A stretch of DNA of 64,000 bases from NCBI GenBank assembly GCA_903893805.1, contig CAITNM010000026.1, forward strand, positions 69,664 to 133,663. Reading direction: 5' to 3'. This stretch comes from an uncultured Alphaproteobacteria bacterium (lineage in GTDB: Bacteria; Pseudomonadota; Alphaproteobacteria; Paracaedibacterales; CAITNM01). The translations under genes were made by a program, and so were the position numbers. This document shows positions 1 through 7,918 of this stretch, piece after piece; position 1 is the stretch's first letter; every line of letters begins with the position of its first letter. Below the pieces are notes generated by a model. The model ran no database searches. It saw only the letters and a list, made by a program, of their open reading frames with translations, and was not told the DNA's origin.

Positions 1-1
1 T

Positions 2-409
2 GCTCCTGTGGCTCCTGAAGCTGGATTCTCTGCTTTACTAGCTGGTATGACAAGTTCGTGCCCAATTCAAAGGCATCCTAAAGTGGCTGTTGGTGATGCA
101 GCTTCTCAAGCTTTGATAACATTGGCAGAAGCTACAAGATTCCCTTATGCGATCAATGGTATTAGCTTGACTGGGGACTATGCAACTACGTTTGCTGCAA
201 CCTCTGACATTGTGGATCCGACTGCTGATTCTGCAAGTGCTGGCTTCACAGTTGATGAGCATAGTGTACTTACGATTTTGCATAGTCGTGGTCACACTGA
301 ATTGCCTGCTATTTCGTCTTACCTAGTACCTGGAGGTACTTCTAACATCGTAGTAACAATGGATGCGTCTACGGTTAAGCTTCCAAAACTATCACCTCCA
401 CTAGACTAA
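2..409 (+). CDS. 3' end of a window-truncated ORF; Ala/Thr/Ser-rich putative exported protein, family unclear
   Basis: The frame is open from the window edge to TAA at 407-409; track ORF 8..409 is only the part from the GTG onward. Composition resembles the downstream paralog array. Followed by a CCCCCA/TGGGGG hairpin plus T-run (442-499). Confidence 0.4.
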   Translation, partial: APVAPEAGFSALLAGMTSSCPIQRHPKVAVGDAASQALITLAEATRFPYAINGISLTGDYATTFAATSDIVDPTADSASAGFTVDEHSVLTILHSRGHTELPAISSYLVPGGTSNIVVTMDASTVKLPKLSPPLD

Positions 410-586
410 ACTTATTAAGGAAAAACGATTGAGTTCACCAGCCCCCATAATTTAGGCCATCACGCACTGCGTAGTGTGCCTGGGTTCTGGGGGATTTTCA
501 TCTTCTTAATGACTTCATATCAGCACTTTTTCATTATTCAAAATAAATTATATAATATTTACCAAAAATTTATTATACATTTATCA

Positions 587-623
587 TTTATTAACCTTAT
601 TCCCTCAATATAATAATTGTTAC
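587..623 (+). promoter_or_regulatory. Conserved bipartite upstream module TTTATTAAC-N15-TAATAATTGTTAC, copy 1 (36 nt before the ATG at 660)
   Basis: The same two boxes recur at the same 15-nt spacing at 2331..2367 and 3386..3422, ahead of the paralogs. TATAAT at 609-614 overlaps box 2. Likely promoter/operator. Confidence 0.55.
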
Positions 624-659
624 AAGGATTAACATTTTTACTTACGAAGGAATATAATA

Positions 660-1478
660 ATGAAAACTATTCAAAAAATCACTTTAGGTTTACTTACAGT
701 TGGAGCTTTCACAGCGTCTGGTTTTGCTGCGACAATAATTGATCTTGATGTTGCTACAGGTAGCGCAGAACATAGCGGTCTAATCACTGCAAGCTTAGCT
801 CACAAAACTGGTGCTGGTACTCTTGTTCTAAGTAACGCAGCAAACGCTATTACTGTGTTGGAAATACAAGAAGGTCAAGTTGATATTGCTGCAACTGGTA
901 ACTTTGGTGGAACAGCTTCCTTCACAACAAACGCTGGAAACAAGCTAAATATGGTAGCAGCTGGCGTGTCTGTGCCTGCGCTTACTATGACTATGGCTGG
1001 TTACCTTGACTGTAATGGTTATGCAACCAACTTAGCTGGTGTTCCTGCTGGTGCTGGGGTACTTTCTATTGATGGTGCTGGTCCACTAACAATGACTGTT
1101 GATGCATCTGCAAGTGATACACCAGTTGTTCTTATGGCTAATGCTGTAGTACGCACAGGTGTAAGCTCATCATCTAAAATGCCAAGCTCTGTTACCACAG
1201 TATCAGCTGGTGCTGAGTTAAAAATTATAGATAACACTGTAAGTTGTGCTCCTGGTGTTACAACAGTTCAATCCGGTGGTATTGTTGATGTTGCTGCGCT
1301 TAAATCAGTTCCTGCATATGCAGCACCTACTGCGCTTGCAGCTACGGACTTCTTCAATCGTTGGGATAGTGCAGCATTAGCAGCAGAAGGTTCCTTGAAG
1401 TTTGAATCTGGATCAATACTAAGACTAGGTGATGGTTCAAGCTGGGCACGTAACATAACTGTTGGTACGGCTCTATAA
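660..1478 (+). CDS. Exported PATR-like repeat protein, paralog 1 (272 aa), no translocator domain
   Basis: Signal peptide MKTIQKITLGLLTVGAFTASGFA|A. LAHKTGAGTLVLSNAANAITVLEIQEGQVDI resembles the autotransporter passenger-associated repeat. G/A/T/S/V-rich body. C-terminal GSLKFESGSILRLGDGSSWARNITVG is shared with 2406..3104 and 3462..4208. Confidence 0.8.
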   Translation: MKTIQKITLGLLTVGAFTASGFAATIIDLDVATGSAEHSGLITASLAHKTGAGTLVLSNAANAITVLEIQEGQVDIAATGNFGGTASFTTNAGNKLNMVAAGVSVPALTMTMAGYLDCNGYATNLAGVPAGAGVLSIDGAGPLTMTVDASASDTPVVLMANAVVRTGVSSSSKMPSSVTTVSAGAELKIIDNTVSCAPGVTTVQSGGIVDVAALKSVPAYAAPTALAATDFFNRWDSAALAAEGSLKFESGSILRLGDGSSWARNITVGTAL

Positions 1479-1513
1479 TTTCTACATCACTAAATTAATA
1501 TCATGACACCTAT

Positions 1514-1546
1514 CCCCGGCCAAACACTCTTGGCTGGGGATTTTTA
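1514..1546 (+). terminator. Rho-independent terminator of paralog 1
   Basis: CCCCGGCCA (1514-1522) pairs with TGGCTGGGG (1531-1539) with one G-U pair, followed by ATTTTTAA. Confidence 0.7.
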
Positions 1547-1563
1547 ATGCGGATTCCATAAAA

Positions 1564-1601
1564 CTGGATCCCCACGCCCTAAAGGGCTCTGGATGACGAC
1601 C
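1564..1601 (+). repeat. Dispersed ~40-bp repeat, copy A (CTGGATCCCCACGCCCT-AA-AGGGCTCTGGATGACGA)
   Basis: The 17-nt core AGGGCTCTGGATGACGA is identical in copies at 1564, 2012 and 4369. The 5' half is identical to copy B except for 1 nt. Confidence 0.85.
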
Positions 1602-1705
1602 TACTCTCGTCTTGAGCTGTGGCCGAAGGGACATGGCAATCCAGTGGGTAATATCAATATTGTACATGTGCGACTGGATGGCTAGGCTGATTTCATAGGT
1701 TCACC

Positions 1706-2011
1706 ATGACACGCAATGATCATATGAAACAGCCTGCAGTGTATATTATGGCTAATACACAGAATGGCACGATTTATACAGGAGTAACTTCTGATCTTGT
1801 AAAACGAGCGTATGAGCACAGAAATGGCTTAATTAGTGGCTTCACCAAAGATCATGGCTGCAAGATGCTGGTGTTTTTTGAAATTCATGAAACGATGGAG
1901 TCAGCTATAGTGCGAGAGAAACAAATCAAAAATTACTCGAGAAAAAAGAAGCTTAAGCTTATTGAGAAAATGAATTTAGCATGGTTAGATTTATTTAACG
2001 GAATTGTTTGA
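1706..2011 (+). CDS. GIY-YIG nuclease family protein (UPF0213/YhbQ-like), 101 aa
   Basis: AVYIMANTQNGTIYTGVTSDLVKRAYEHRNG is the GIY-(N10)-YTG motif followed by R..EH. Small stand-alone domain. ATG at 1724 is an alternative start. Confidence 0.8.
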   Translation: MTRNDHMKQPAVYIMANTQNGTIYTGVTSDLVKRAYEHRNGLISGFTKDHGCKMLVFFEIHETMESAIVREKQIKNYSRKKKLKLIEKMNLAWLDLFNGIV

Positions 2012-2050
2012 CTTGATCCCCACGCCCTTTCAGGGCTCTGGATGACGACC
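2012..2050 (+). repeat. Dispersed ~40-bp repeat, copy B, starting at the base after the GIY-YIG stop codon
   Basis: CTTGATCCCCACGCCCTTTCAGGGCTCTGGATGACGACC, in direct orientation relative to copy A. Confidence 0.85.
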
Positions 2051-2205
2051 CTTATTCCCCACTAATTTCCCTTTGGCTTGGGCCTTGGGTCCAGTTTTAT
2101 AGCATCTTCTTGCCAAAAAAATATCCATGGACCAAAACGCTTTCCACCCTTCGTTTCAAGTAAATAAAAATGTATACAACTTTATTATTATTTCTATATT
2201 TACTT

Positions 2206-2243
2206 TTTATTAATAGACGTGGTTTATAACTAATAATTGTTAC
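2206..2243 (+). promoter_or_regulatory. Orphan copy of the bipartite module (TTTATTAAT-N16-TAATAATTGTTAC) with no ORF behind it
   Basis: Box 2 is identical to copies 1 and 2. No SD or ATG follows at the expected +36-39 nt. The functional copy lies about 125 nt downstream. Confidence 0.45.
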
Positions 2244-2330
2244 TATCGTTAATAATTAATTTTTAATAGGGCACACAAAACAACTAATAATAATTCAATT
2301 ATTTATATTTATATTGCTCAGTATTAACTC

Positions 2331-2367
2331 TTTATTAACTATATTAACACAAAATAATAATTGTTAC
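2331..2367 (+). promoter_or_regulatory. Conserved bipartite upstream module, copy 2 (38 nt before the ATG at 2406)
   Basis: TTTATTAAC (2331-2339), N15, then TAATAATTGTTAC (2355-2367). Confidence 0.55.
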
Positions 2368-2405
2368 TAACTTTAAACATTTTTATTTGAAAAGGAATTT
2401 ATATT

Positions 2406-3104
2406 ATGAAAACTATTCAAAAAATTACATTAGCTTTGTTGACAATGGTTAGCGTTTCTTCACTTTCAGCTTCTCAGCTTGAAATTGCAAACGCTGGAGC
2501 GGCTACAGTTGATGCAATAATTACTGGTGATGTCAAAAAAACTGGCGCTGGTGCTTTGACAATTTCTGCTGCTATTGCTGGTGACCTTGAAGTTAACGCT
2601 GGTTCAGTGGTTATAGCCGTAAACGCAGTTGCTTCAAGCCTAGATATGACTGGTGGCGACCTATCATGTGGTGCTTTTAACGTGCCAGCTACTTTGATGA
2701 GCTCACCTGCTACTCTAACTTCTACTGCAGCAGGTAACTTAGGAGTGTTAACTGGTACGCAAAAGATGACTTTAGCAGGTGCTTTTGATAGAACATTAGG
2801 CGCGAATGCTTCAGCAACACCAATGGATATTTCTGGTTATGCAGTAATTGGGGCGGCTGGTTCTGTTCTACCAACAGCTGCTACTGCAGTAAAATCTGGT
2901 GGTAAACTAAAATTTGCTGGTGCAGCGCTTAGTTCAATTGCTGGTGCTACAACTGTTGAATCAGGTGGAGAAGTTGAAGTTGCAGCTGCTGTTGATACCG
3001 TTCCATTAATGGTAGATGCATCTGGATCTCTAGCTTTTGCTTATGGTTCTAAGATCACATTAGGAGCTGCCAGTGTATGGTCAATTCCAGTTACTGCAAG
3101 CTAA
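2406..3104 (+). CDS. Exported PATR-like repeat protein, paralog 2 (232 aa)
   Basis: Its first 9 codons are nearly identical to paralog 1 (MKTIQKITL). Cleavage site LSA|SQ. ITGDVKKTGAGALTISAAIAGDLEVNAGSVVI closely matches the PATR consensus. C-terminal motif GSLAFAYGSKITLGAASVW. Confidence 0.8.
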   Translation: MKTIQKITLALLTMVSVSSLSASQLEIANAGAATVDAIITGDVKKTGAGALTISAAIAGDLEVNAGSVVIAVNAVASSLDMTGGDLSCGAFNVPATLMSSPATLTSTAAGNLGVLTGTQKMTLAGAFDRTLGANASATPMDISGYAVIGAAGSVLPTAATAVKSGGKLKFAGAALSSIAGATTVESGGEVEVAAAVDTVPLMVDASGSLAFAYGSKITLGAASVWSIPVTAS

Positions 3105-3137
3105 TCTTGCTGTAAAATAAGCAATAGAATAAAAGAA

Positions 3138-3166
3138 GGAGTGAGAATTTTTCTCACTCCTTTTCT
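3138..3166 (+). terminator. Rho-independent terminator of paralog 2
   Basis: GGAGTGAGA (3138-3146) pairs perfectly with TCTCACTCC (3152-3160) around a 5-nt loop, followed by TTTTCT. Confidence 0.8.
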
Positions 3167-3385
3167 GAATTTCTACACTTTTACCAGACACTTCTTAAGA
3201 GCCTGATATTGCACCTAAACTTTTAGAATGCAGATTTTTCTGGTGCTAAATTGCCTGTAAAATTATTCGTCCCTTTTGTTGTAACACCTTCCAAAATAAT
3301 TACTGTCATAATTAAAGCATATTAAAATATACATAAAATATATATCTGATTTTATTATTGATAATTTATTATTCTGAATTATCCC

Positions 3386-3422
3386 TTTATTAACTCCATT
3401 ATATTAAAGTAGTAATTGTTAT
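3386..3422 (+). promoter_or_regulatory. Conserved bipartite upstream module, copy 3 (39 nt before the ATG at 3462)
   Basis: TTTATTAAC (3386-3394), N15, then TAGTAATTGTTAT (3410-3422). Confidence 0.5.
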
Positions 3423-3461
3423 AAATTTATACAAAACTATTCTTAAAAATGGAGTATAGAA

Positions 3462-4208
3462 ATGAAAATTATTCAAAAAATACCATTGTGTTTATTCACA
3501 TTGGCAGCAATATTGACTTGGAGCACAGCATCAGCAACGGACTTAGAAATTGACTTTCACGACGGGACGTCAATAGACACAGTTATTACTGGAAAAGTGA
3601 ACTTAGTTGGCTTTGCAGCTTCTGATGAGCTTACCTTGAGCGGTTCCATAACAGACGACGTTAAAATCAGTAGAGGTAACATAAAAACCACCTCTTCAAC
3701 GTCTTTTGGCGCTGACATTATTATGAATGGCGGTAGCCTAGAAACAACAACGGCTATGAGCCTTCCCACACTAGTGATAGATGCAGATAGCACACTTACT
3801 GCCGATGCTGCCGCTACTTTAACTGGCATGGGCGGGGTTAGTAAATTAACTGTTGCTGGTGTTGGGGCAATAACTCCTGATGATTTGAGCGCGGCAACTA
3901 ATGCAGTTGATGTCAGCGGCATTGTACATGTAGGTGCAACTGGTTCTTTGTTGCCTTCAGGTGCAGTGACTGTAAAGAATGCTGGTTTGGTAAAACTTAT
4001 GGGCGTTGTGGCAGACTGTATTCCTGGCGCTATGAAAGTGGAAAGTGGCGGAGCTGTTGAAGTAGATGCGTCACTGGCAGTTCCTGCAGTGGGTGCTGCT
4101 GCTTCTGGTGACCTTTTTGGTACCTTAAGGTTTGACACTGGGTCAAGATTAAAGCTGGGCAATGGTGCAGACTGGGGTCGTGCTGTAACAATTGGTTCAT
4201 ATAGCTAA
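3462..4208 (+). CDS. Exported PATR-like repeat protein, paralog 3 (248 aa)
   Basis: MKIIQKIPL head and ASA|TD cleavage site. Diverged repeat segment ITGKVNLVGFAASDELTLSGSI. C-terminal GTLRFDTGSRLKLGNGADWGRAVTIG is homologous to paralog 1. Confidence 0.75.
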   Translation: MKIIQKIPLCLFTLAAILTWSTASATDLEIDFHDGTSIDTVITGKVNLVGFAASDELTLSGSITDDVKISRGNIKTTSSTSFGADIIMNGGSLETTTAMSLPTLVIDADSTLTADAAATLTGMGGVSKLTVAGVGAITPDDLSAATNAVDVSGIVHVGATGSLLPSGAVTVKNAGLVKLMGVVADCIPGAMKVESGGAVEVDASLAVPAVGAAASGDLFGTLRFDTGSRLKLGNGADWGRAVTIGSYS

Positions 4209-4236
4209 TTTCTTCGCTACATTTTACTATTATTAT

Positions 4237-4272
4237 CCCTGGTTAGTTCGTTCTGGCTGGGGATTTTTATTT
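4237..4272 (+). terminator. Probable rho-independent terminator of paralog 3
   Basis: CCCTGGTTAG pairs with CTGGCTGGGG using several G-U pairs. Related in sequence to the 1514 terminator. Followed by ATTTTTATTTTT. Confidence 0.5.
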
Positions 4273-4368
4273 TTCTGTAATAAGAAATTACCCACTGGAT
4301 AACCACGTCCACTCAATGCCTCGCTATGACGGTTCTTGGTATTTCCAAAAGCAATACGATAATAAGCA

Positions 4369-4408
4369 CTGGATCCCGACGCTCTCTGACGAGGGCTCTG
4401 GATGACGA
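4369..4408 (+). repeat. Dispersed ~40-bp repeat, copy C (solo)
   Basis: CTGGATCCCGACGCTCTCTGACGAGGGCTCTGGATGACGA. The 17-nt core is identical and the 5' half is diverged. Confidence 0.8.
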
Positions 4409-4633
4409 AACTCTGTTTTCACGTTTTCACGCAAATGACAAAGATAACATAGGGTCCAGTTCTGTAACTTCCGCTCAAGCTGCGGATAATTATAGAACAC
4501 AATCGAAACAACATGTGTTCTTAACGCGTTCAATACATCAAAGCTCTATTATAATGTGGTTAATTGATACTTCCCTCTTGTTTTTTAGCATGCATTTGAA
4601 ATAATGAACGGAGTAGTCTTTTAAAAAATCATC

Positions 4634-6049
4634 ATGCGCAGGCAACGTAAAGCTAAAATCATTGCTACTTTAGGTCCATCCTCATCAGACTATGAACAAA
4701 TTAAAGCATTATTTGTAGCAGGCGCCGATGTTTTCCGTCTGAACTTTTCCCATGGTGAACACGAAAGCCACGCGGAAAATTATAAAATTATTCGAAGAAT
4801 CGAACAAGAATACAAGCGACCAATTGGAGTTTTGCTTGATTTACAGGGGCCAAAGCTGCGTATTGGAACTTTTTCAAATACAAAAATTTCCTTAAAAGCT
4901 GGGCAAACTTTCCTTCTTGATTTAGATAGCACTCCTGGTAACAACCACCGTGTGTGCATGCCGCATCCTGAAATTTTTCAAGCCCTTAAAGAAAACATTG
5001 ATTTGCTTTTAGATGACGGCAAGGTTCGGCTCAAAATTACAAAGTGTGGTCATGATTTTGCAGAAACTATTGTTGTGTCAGGCACTGAGCTTTCTAATCG
5101 CAAGGGGGTGAATGTTCCTGATGTGGTGTTGCCAATAGATGCGCTAACTAAAAAAGATATTATCGATTTAAAATTTGGGCTGGAATTGGGCGTTGATTGG
5201 GTTGCGTTGTCGTTTGTGCAGCAACCAAATGACTTGATCATGGCGCGTGAGCTTGTAGGCAAAAAAGCAAAGCTTATTGCTAAAATTGAAAAGCCTATGG
5301 CCATTCAATATTTACAAGAGATTGTTACTTTGTCAGATGCTGTTATGGTTGCGCGGGGAGATTTAGGCGTAGAAATACCTGCAGAAGATGTTCCAGTCAT
5401 ACAGCGTCAAATTATTCGCACCTGTCGTGGGTTAGGAAAGCCCGTTATTGTTGCTACGCAGATGCTAGATTCAATGGTGCACGTGCCAACACCTACTCGA
5501 GCAGAGGCGTCAGATGTTGCAACGGCTATTTATGATGGGGTCGATGCTGTAATGCTTTCAGCTGAATCAGCGTCAGGTGATTACCCTGTAGAAGCTGTTT
5601 CTATGATGGACCGCATTATTCAACGCACCGAAAGAGATCCTTTTTACCAAAAAATGCTTGATGACAGCTACACATTGCCTCCGCCTACTGTTAGTGATGC
5701 AGTAACTACCGCAGCGCGTTCTGCAGTTGGTATTATTGGTAGTGCATTAATGGTTACTTTTACAGAAACAGGGCGCACAGCTTTTCATGCTGCCCGCGAA
5801 CGTCCCCATTGCAACATATTAGCGCTCACGCCAGTTTTAAAAACATCAAGGCAACTTACGTTGGTGTGGGGCGCACATCCTGCTTTGACCGATGATATTT
5901 TTTCAATTGGGCAAATGGTTGAAACTGCATGTACTTTCGCCAAACAAGAAAATTTTGCACAAATAGATGATTACGTTGTGATAACCGCTGGGGTTCCTTT
6001 TGGACAATCAGGCGGCACAAATATGATTCGAATAGCAAAGGTTAGTTAG
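4634..6049 (+). CDS. pyk: Pyruvate kinase
   Basis: KIIATLGPSS, FRLNFSHG, MVARGDLGVEIP and ATQMLDSM motifs; 471 aa. Confidence 0.95.
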   Translation: MRRQRKAKIIATLGPSSSDYEQIKALFVAGADVFRLNFSHGEHESHAENYKIIRRIEQEYKRPIGVLLDLQGPKLRIGTFSNTKISLKAGQTFLLDLDSTPGNNHRVCMPHPEIFQALKENIDLLLDDGKVRLKITKCGHDFAETIVVSGTELSNRKGVNVPDVVLPIDALTKKDIIDLKFGLELGVDWVALSFVQQPNDLIMARELVGKKAKLIAKIEKPMAIQYLQEIVTLSDAVMVARGDLGVEIPAEDVPVIQRQIIRTCRGLGKPVIVATQMLDSMVHVPTPTRAEASDVATAIYDGVDAVMLSAESASGDYPVEAVSMMDRIIQRTERDPFYQKMLDDSYTLPPPTVSDAVTTAARSAVGIIGSALMVTFTETGRTAFHAARERPHCNILALTPVLKTSRQLTLVWGAHPALTDDIFSIGQMVETACTFAKQENFAQIDDYVVITAGVPFGQSGGTNMIRIAKVS

Positions 6050-6054
6050 CAACA

Positions 6055-6987
6055 GTGTGTTACATTATTGGTGGTCCAACAGCTAGTGGAAAGTCAAAAT
6101 TAGCACTTTGGCTTGCGCACCATGTTGATGGTGAAATTATTAATGCCGATAGTCTTCAGCTTTATAAAAGCATTCCAATTTTAAGTGCGGCACCTGACAA
6201 TGCAGAGCTTGCGCAAACCAGACATCATTTGTTTGGAATTTATTATGATGATCAAATATCTACAGTTCAGGCATGGACTCAGCTTGCGCAAGCAACCATT
6301 GAAAATGTTATAAAGCGCCAGAAAAAACCTATTATTGTAGGTGGTACTGGTATGTATTTAAACGCTTTAATTCAAGGGATTTCCCCAATACCTAACATTT
6401 CAACTGACATAAAAAAAGCTGTTCGTGCATTACAAAGTAATTTATCAAAAGAAGATTTTTATGAGCAGGTTATTGGGCATGACCCATCCATTCAGGGTCA
6501 CCTTCATCAAAATGATAGTCAGCGTTTGGGGCGTGCTTTAGAGGTTATATTGCAAACAGGGCAATCTATCAGATATTTCCAAGGAAAAGCTCAGCCCATT
6601 CTCAAGCAGGTAAATAAATTTATTGTGGTTATGCCTGAAAAAGATAGGTTGTACAATCTTATTAATGCTCGCGTTATAAGAATGCTGGACGAAGGCGTTA
6701 TCCAAGAAGTGCAGGCGTTAAAGCAAAAAGTATCGCTTGATGCCCCTGTGTGCAAAGCAATAGGTGTTAAAGAAATTTGGCAGTATTTAGCCAATGAAAC
6801 CACTAAAGAAGAAATGATTTCCTTGCTTCAGCAAGCTACTCGGCAGTATGCTAAACGCCAAATAACATGGTTTAAAAATCAAGTTAATGACGCACTCGTT
6901 ATCACAGACCCATTTGATCCAAGCCAAATTGCTCAATTGGTACGGGGAAAATCAGCGGAATTTGCCCTGGAGAAAACAGCCAGTTAA
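6055..6987 (+). CDS. miaA: tRNA dimethylallyltransferase
   Basis: GTG start 5 nt after the pyk stop. P-loop GGPTASGKS, then GGTGMYL and YAKRQITWFKN. Confidence 0.9.
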   Translation: MCYIIGGPTASGKSKLALWLAHHVDGEIINADSLQLYKSIPILSAAPDNAELAQTRHHLFGIYYDDQISTVQAWTQLAQATIENVIKRQKKPIIVGGTGMYLNALIQGISPIPNISTDIKKAVRALQSNLSKEDFYEQVIGHDPSIQGHLHQNDSQRLGRALEVILQTGQSIRYFQGKAQPILKQVNKFIVVMPEKDRLYNLINARVIRMLDEGVIQEVQALKQKVSLDAPVCKAIGVKEIWQYLANETTKEEMISLLQQATRQYAKRQITWFKNQVNDALVITDPFDPSQIAQLVRGKSAEFALEKTAS

Positions 6988-7918
6988 TCCCTACCATATC
7001 CTTGTTAGTGAAGTGATGTTGCAGCAAACAACTGTAGCTACCGTAAAAGGATATTTTGCTAGATTTCTGGAGCGTTGGCCTACCATTGAAGCTTTGGCTG
7101 CTGCTTCGCAAGATGAGCTTATGCATTGTTGGCAAGGTTTAGGGTACTATTCTCGTGCGCGTAATTTGCATAAAACCGCAAAAATTATTACAGATCAGTA
7201 CCATGGAGTTGTTCCAGAATCTTATCAGAATTTAACAAAGCTTCCTGGATTGGGTCCTTACACGGCTGCAGCTATAGCCAGTATTGCTTTTGGGCAATCA
7301 ATCATTGCCATTGATACCAACGTTAGCCGCGTACTTTGTCGCTTGTTTGCAATTTCATCGGAAGGAAAAATCCAAAAAGCGCAAGTTCAAGAAATAGCAA
7401 ATTCCCTAGCGCACACCAGTGATTCAGGTGCTGTAAGCCAAGCATTAATGGATATAGGCTCGAATCTTTGTAAATCAAAAAATCCCAAGTGCGTTGATTG
7501 CTTTTTAAAAAATGATTGTCTTGCGTTTTCTGGGGATTTGCAAAACGTATTGCCTTTAAAGCAAAAAAAACCAATTCGTCCAAAACGGTATGGACATAGC
7601 TTTGTTATGCGTCATGCAAACCAAGTATGTATTGAGAAACGTCCAGAAAAAGGTTTGCTTGCTAGCTTGTACCAATTTCCTTCTAGTGAATTTTTAAGCG
7701 AGAAAACCATAGCTCAATATCCGATCAAAGCTGAATGGAAGAATATCGGAACTGTTCGCCATATTTTCACTCATTTCGAGTTAGAGCTAACCCTATGGGA
7801 AACATTTGTTCAAAATACAAACAGTGGGTTGTGGACAAAATTAAGCGATTTAGGTAACTACGGTCTGCCCACAATGTTTAAAAAAGCATTGGCTTATGTA
7901 ACGCCTAGCTACAATTAA
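6887..7918 (+). CDS. mutY: A/G-specific adenine DNA glycosylase
   Basis: LLNWYGENQRNLPWR, SEVMLQQT, HhH-GPD (LPGLGPYTAAAI) and Fe-S cluster CKSKNPKCVDCFLKNDC. The 5' end overlaps miaA. Confidence 0.9.
   Translation: MTHSLSQTHLIQAKLLNWYGENQRNLPWRKQPVNPYHILVSEVMLQQTTVATVKGYFARFLERWPTIEALAAASQDELMHCWQGLGYYSRARNLHKTAKIITDQYHGVVPESYQNLTKLPGLGPYTAAAIASIAFGQSIIAIDTNVSRVLCRLFAISSEGKIQKAQVQEIANSLAHTSDSGAVSQALMDIGSNLCKSKNPKCVDCFLKNDCLAFSGDLQNVLPLKQKKPIRPKRYGHSFVMRHANQVCIEKRPEKGLLASLYQFPSSEFLSEKTIAQYPIKAEWKNIGTVRHIFTHFELELTLWETFVQNTNSGLWTKLSDLGNYGLPTMFKKALAYVTPSYN

Noticed and set aside
1482-1667. 61-aa minus-strand ORF; also 4324..4533(-) and 4326..4604(+)
   Set aside because: These ORFs run across the terminator and the ~40-bp dispersed repeat. 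The shared RHPEP peptide is simply the repeat core read in reverse. They are intergenic repeat DNA, not coding sequence.
3557-4162. 201-aa ORF antisense to paralog 3; similar antisense ORFs at 1019..1237 and 1268..1456
   Set aside because: The sense genes are GCN/ACN/GGN-rich, which keeps the opposite strand stop-free. There is no SD or start context, the sequence is low-complexity, and it is fully nested in a better-supported gene.
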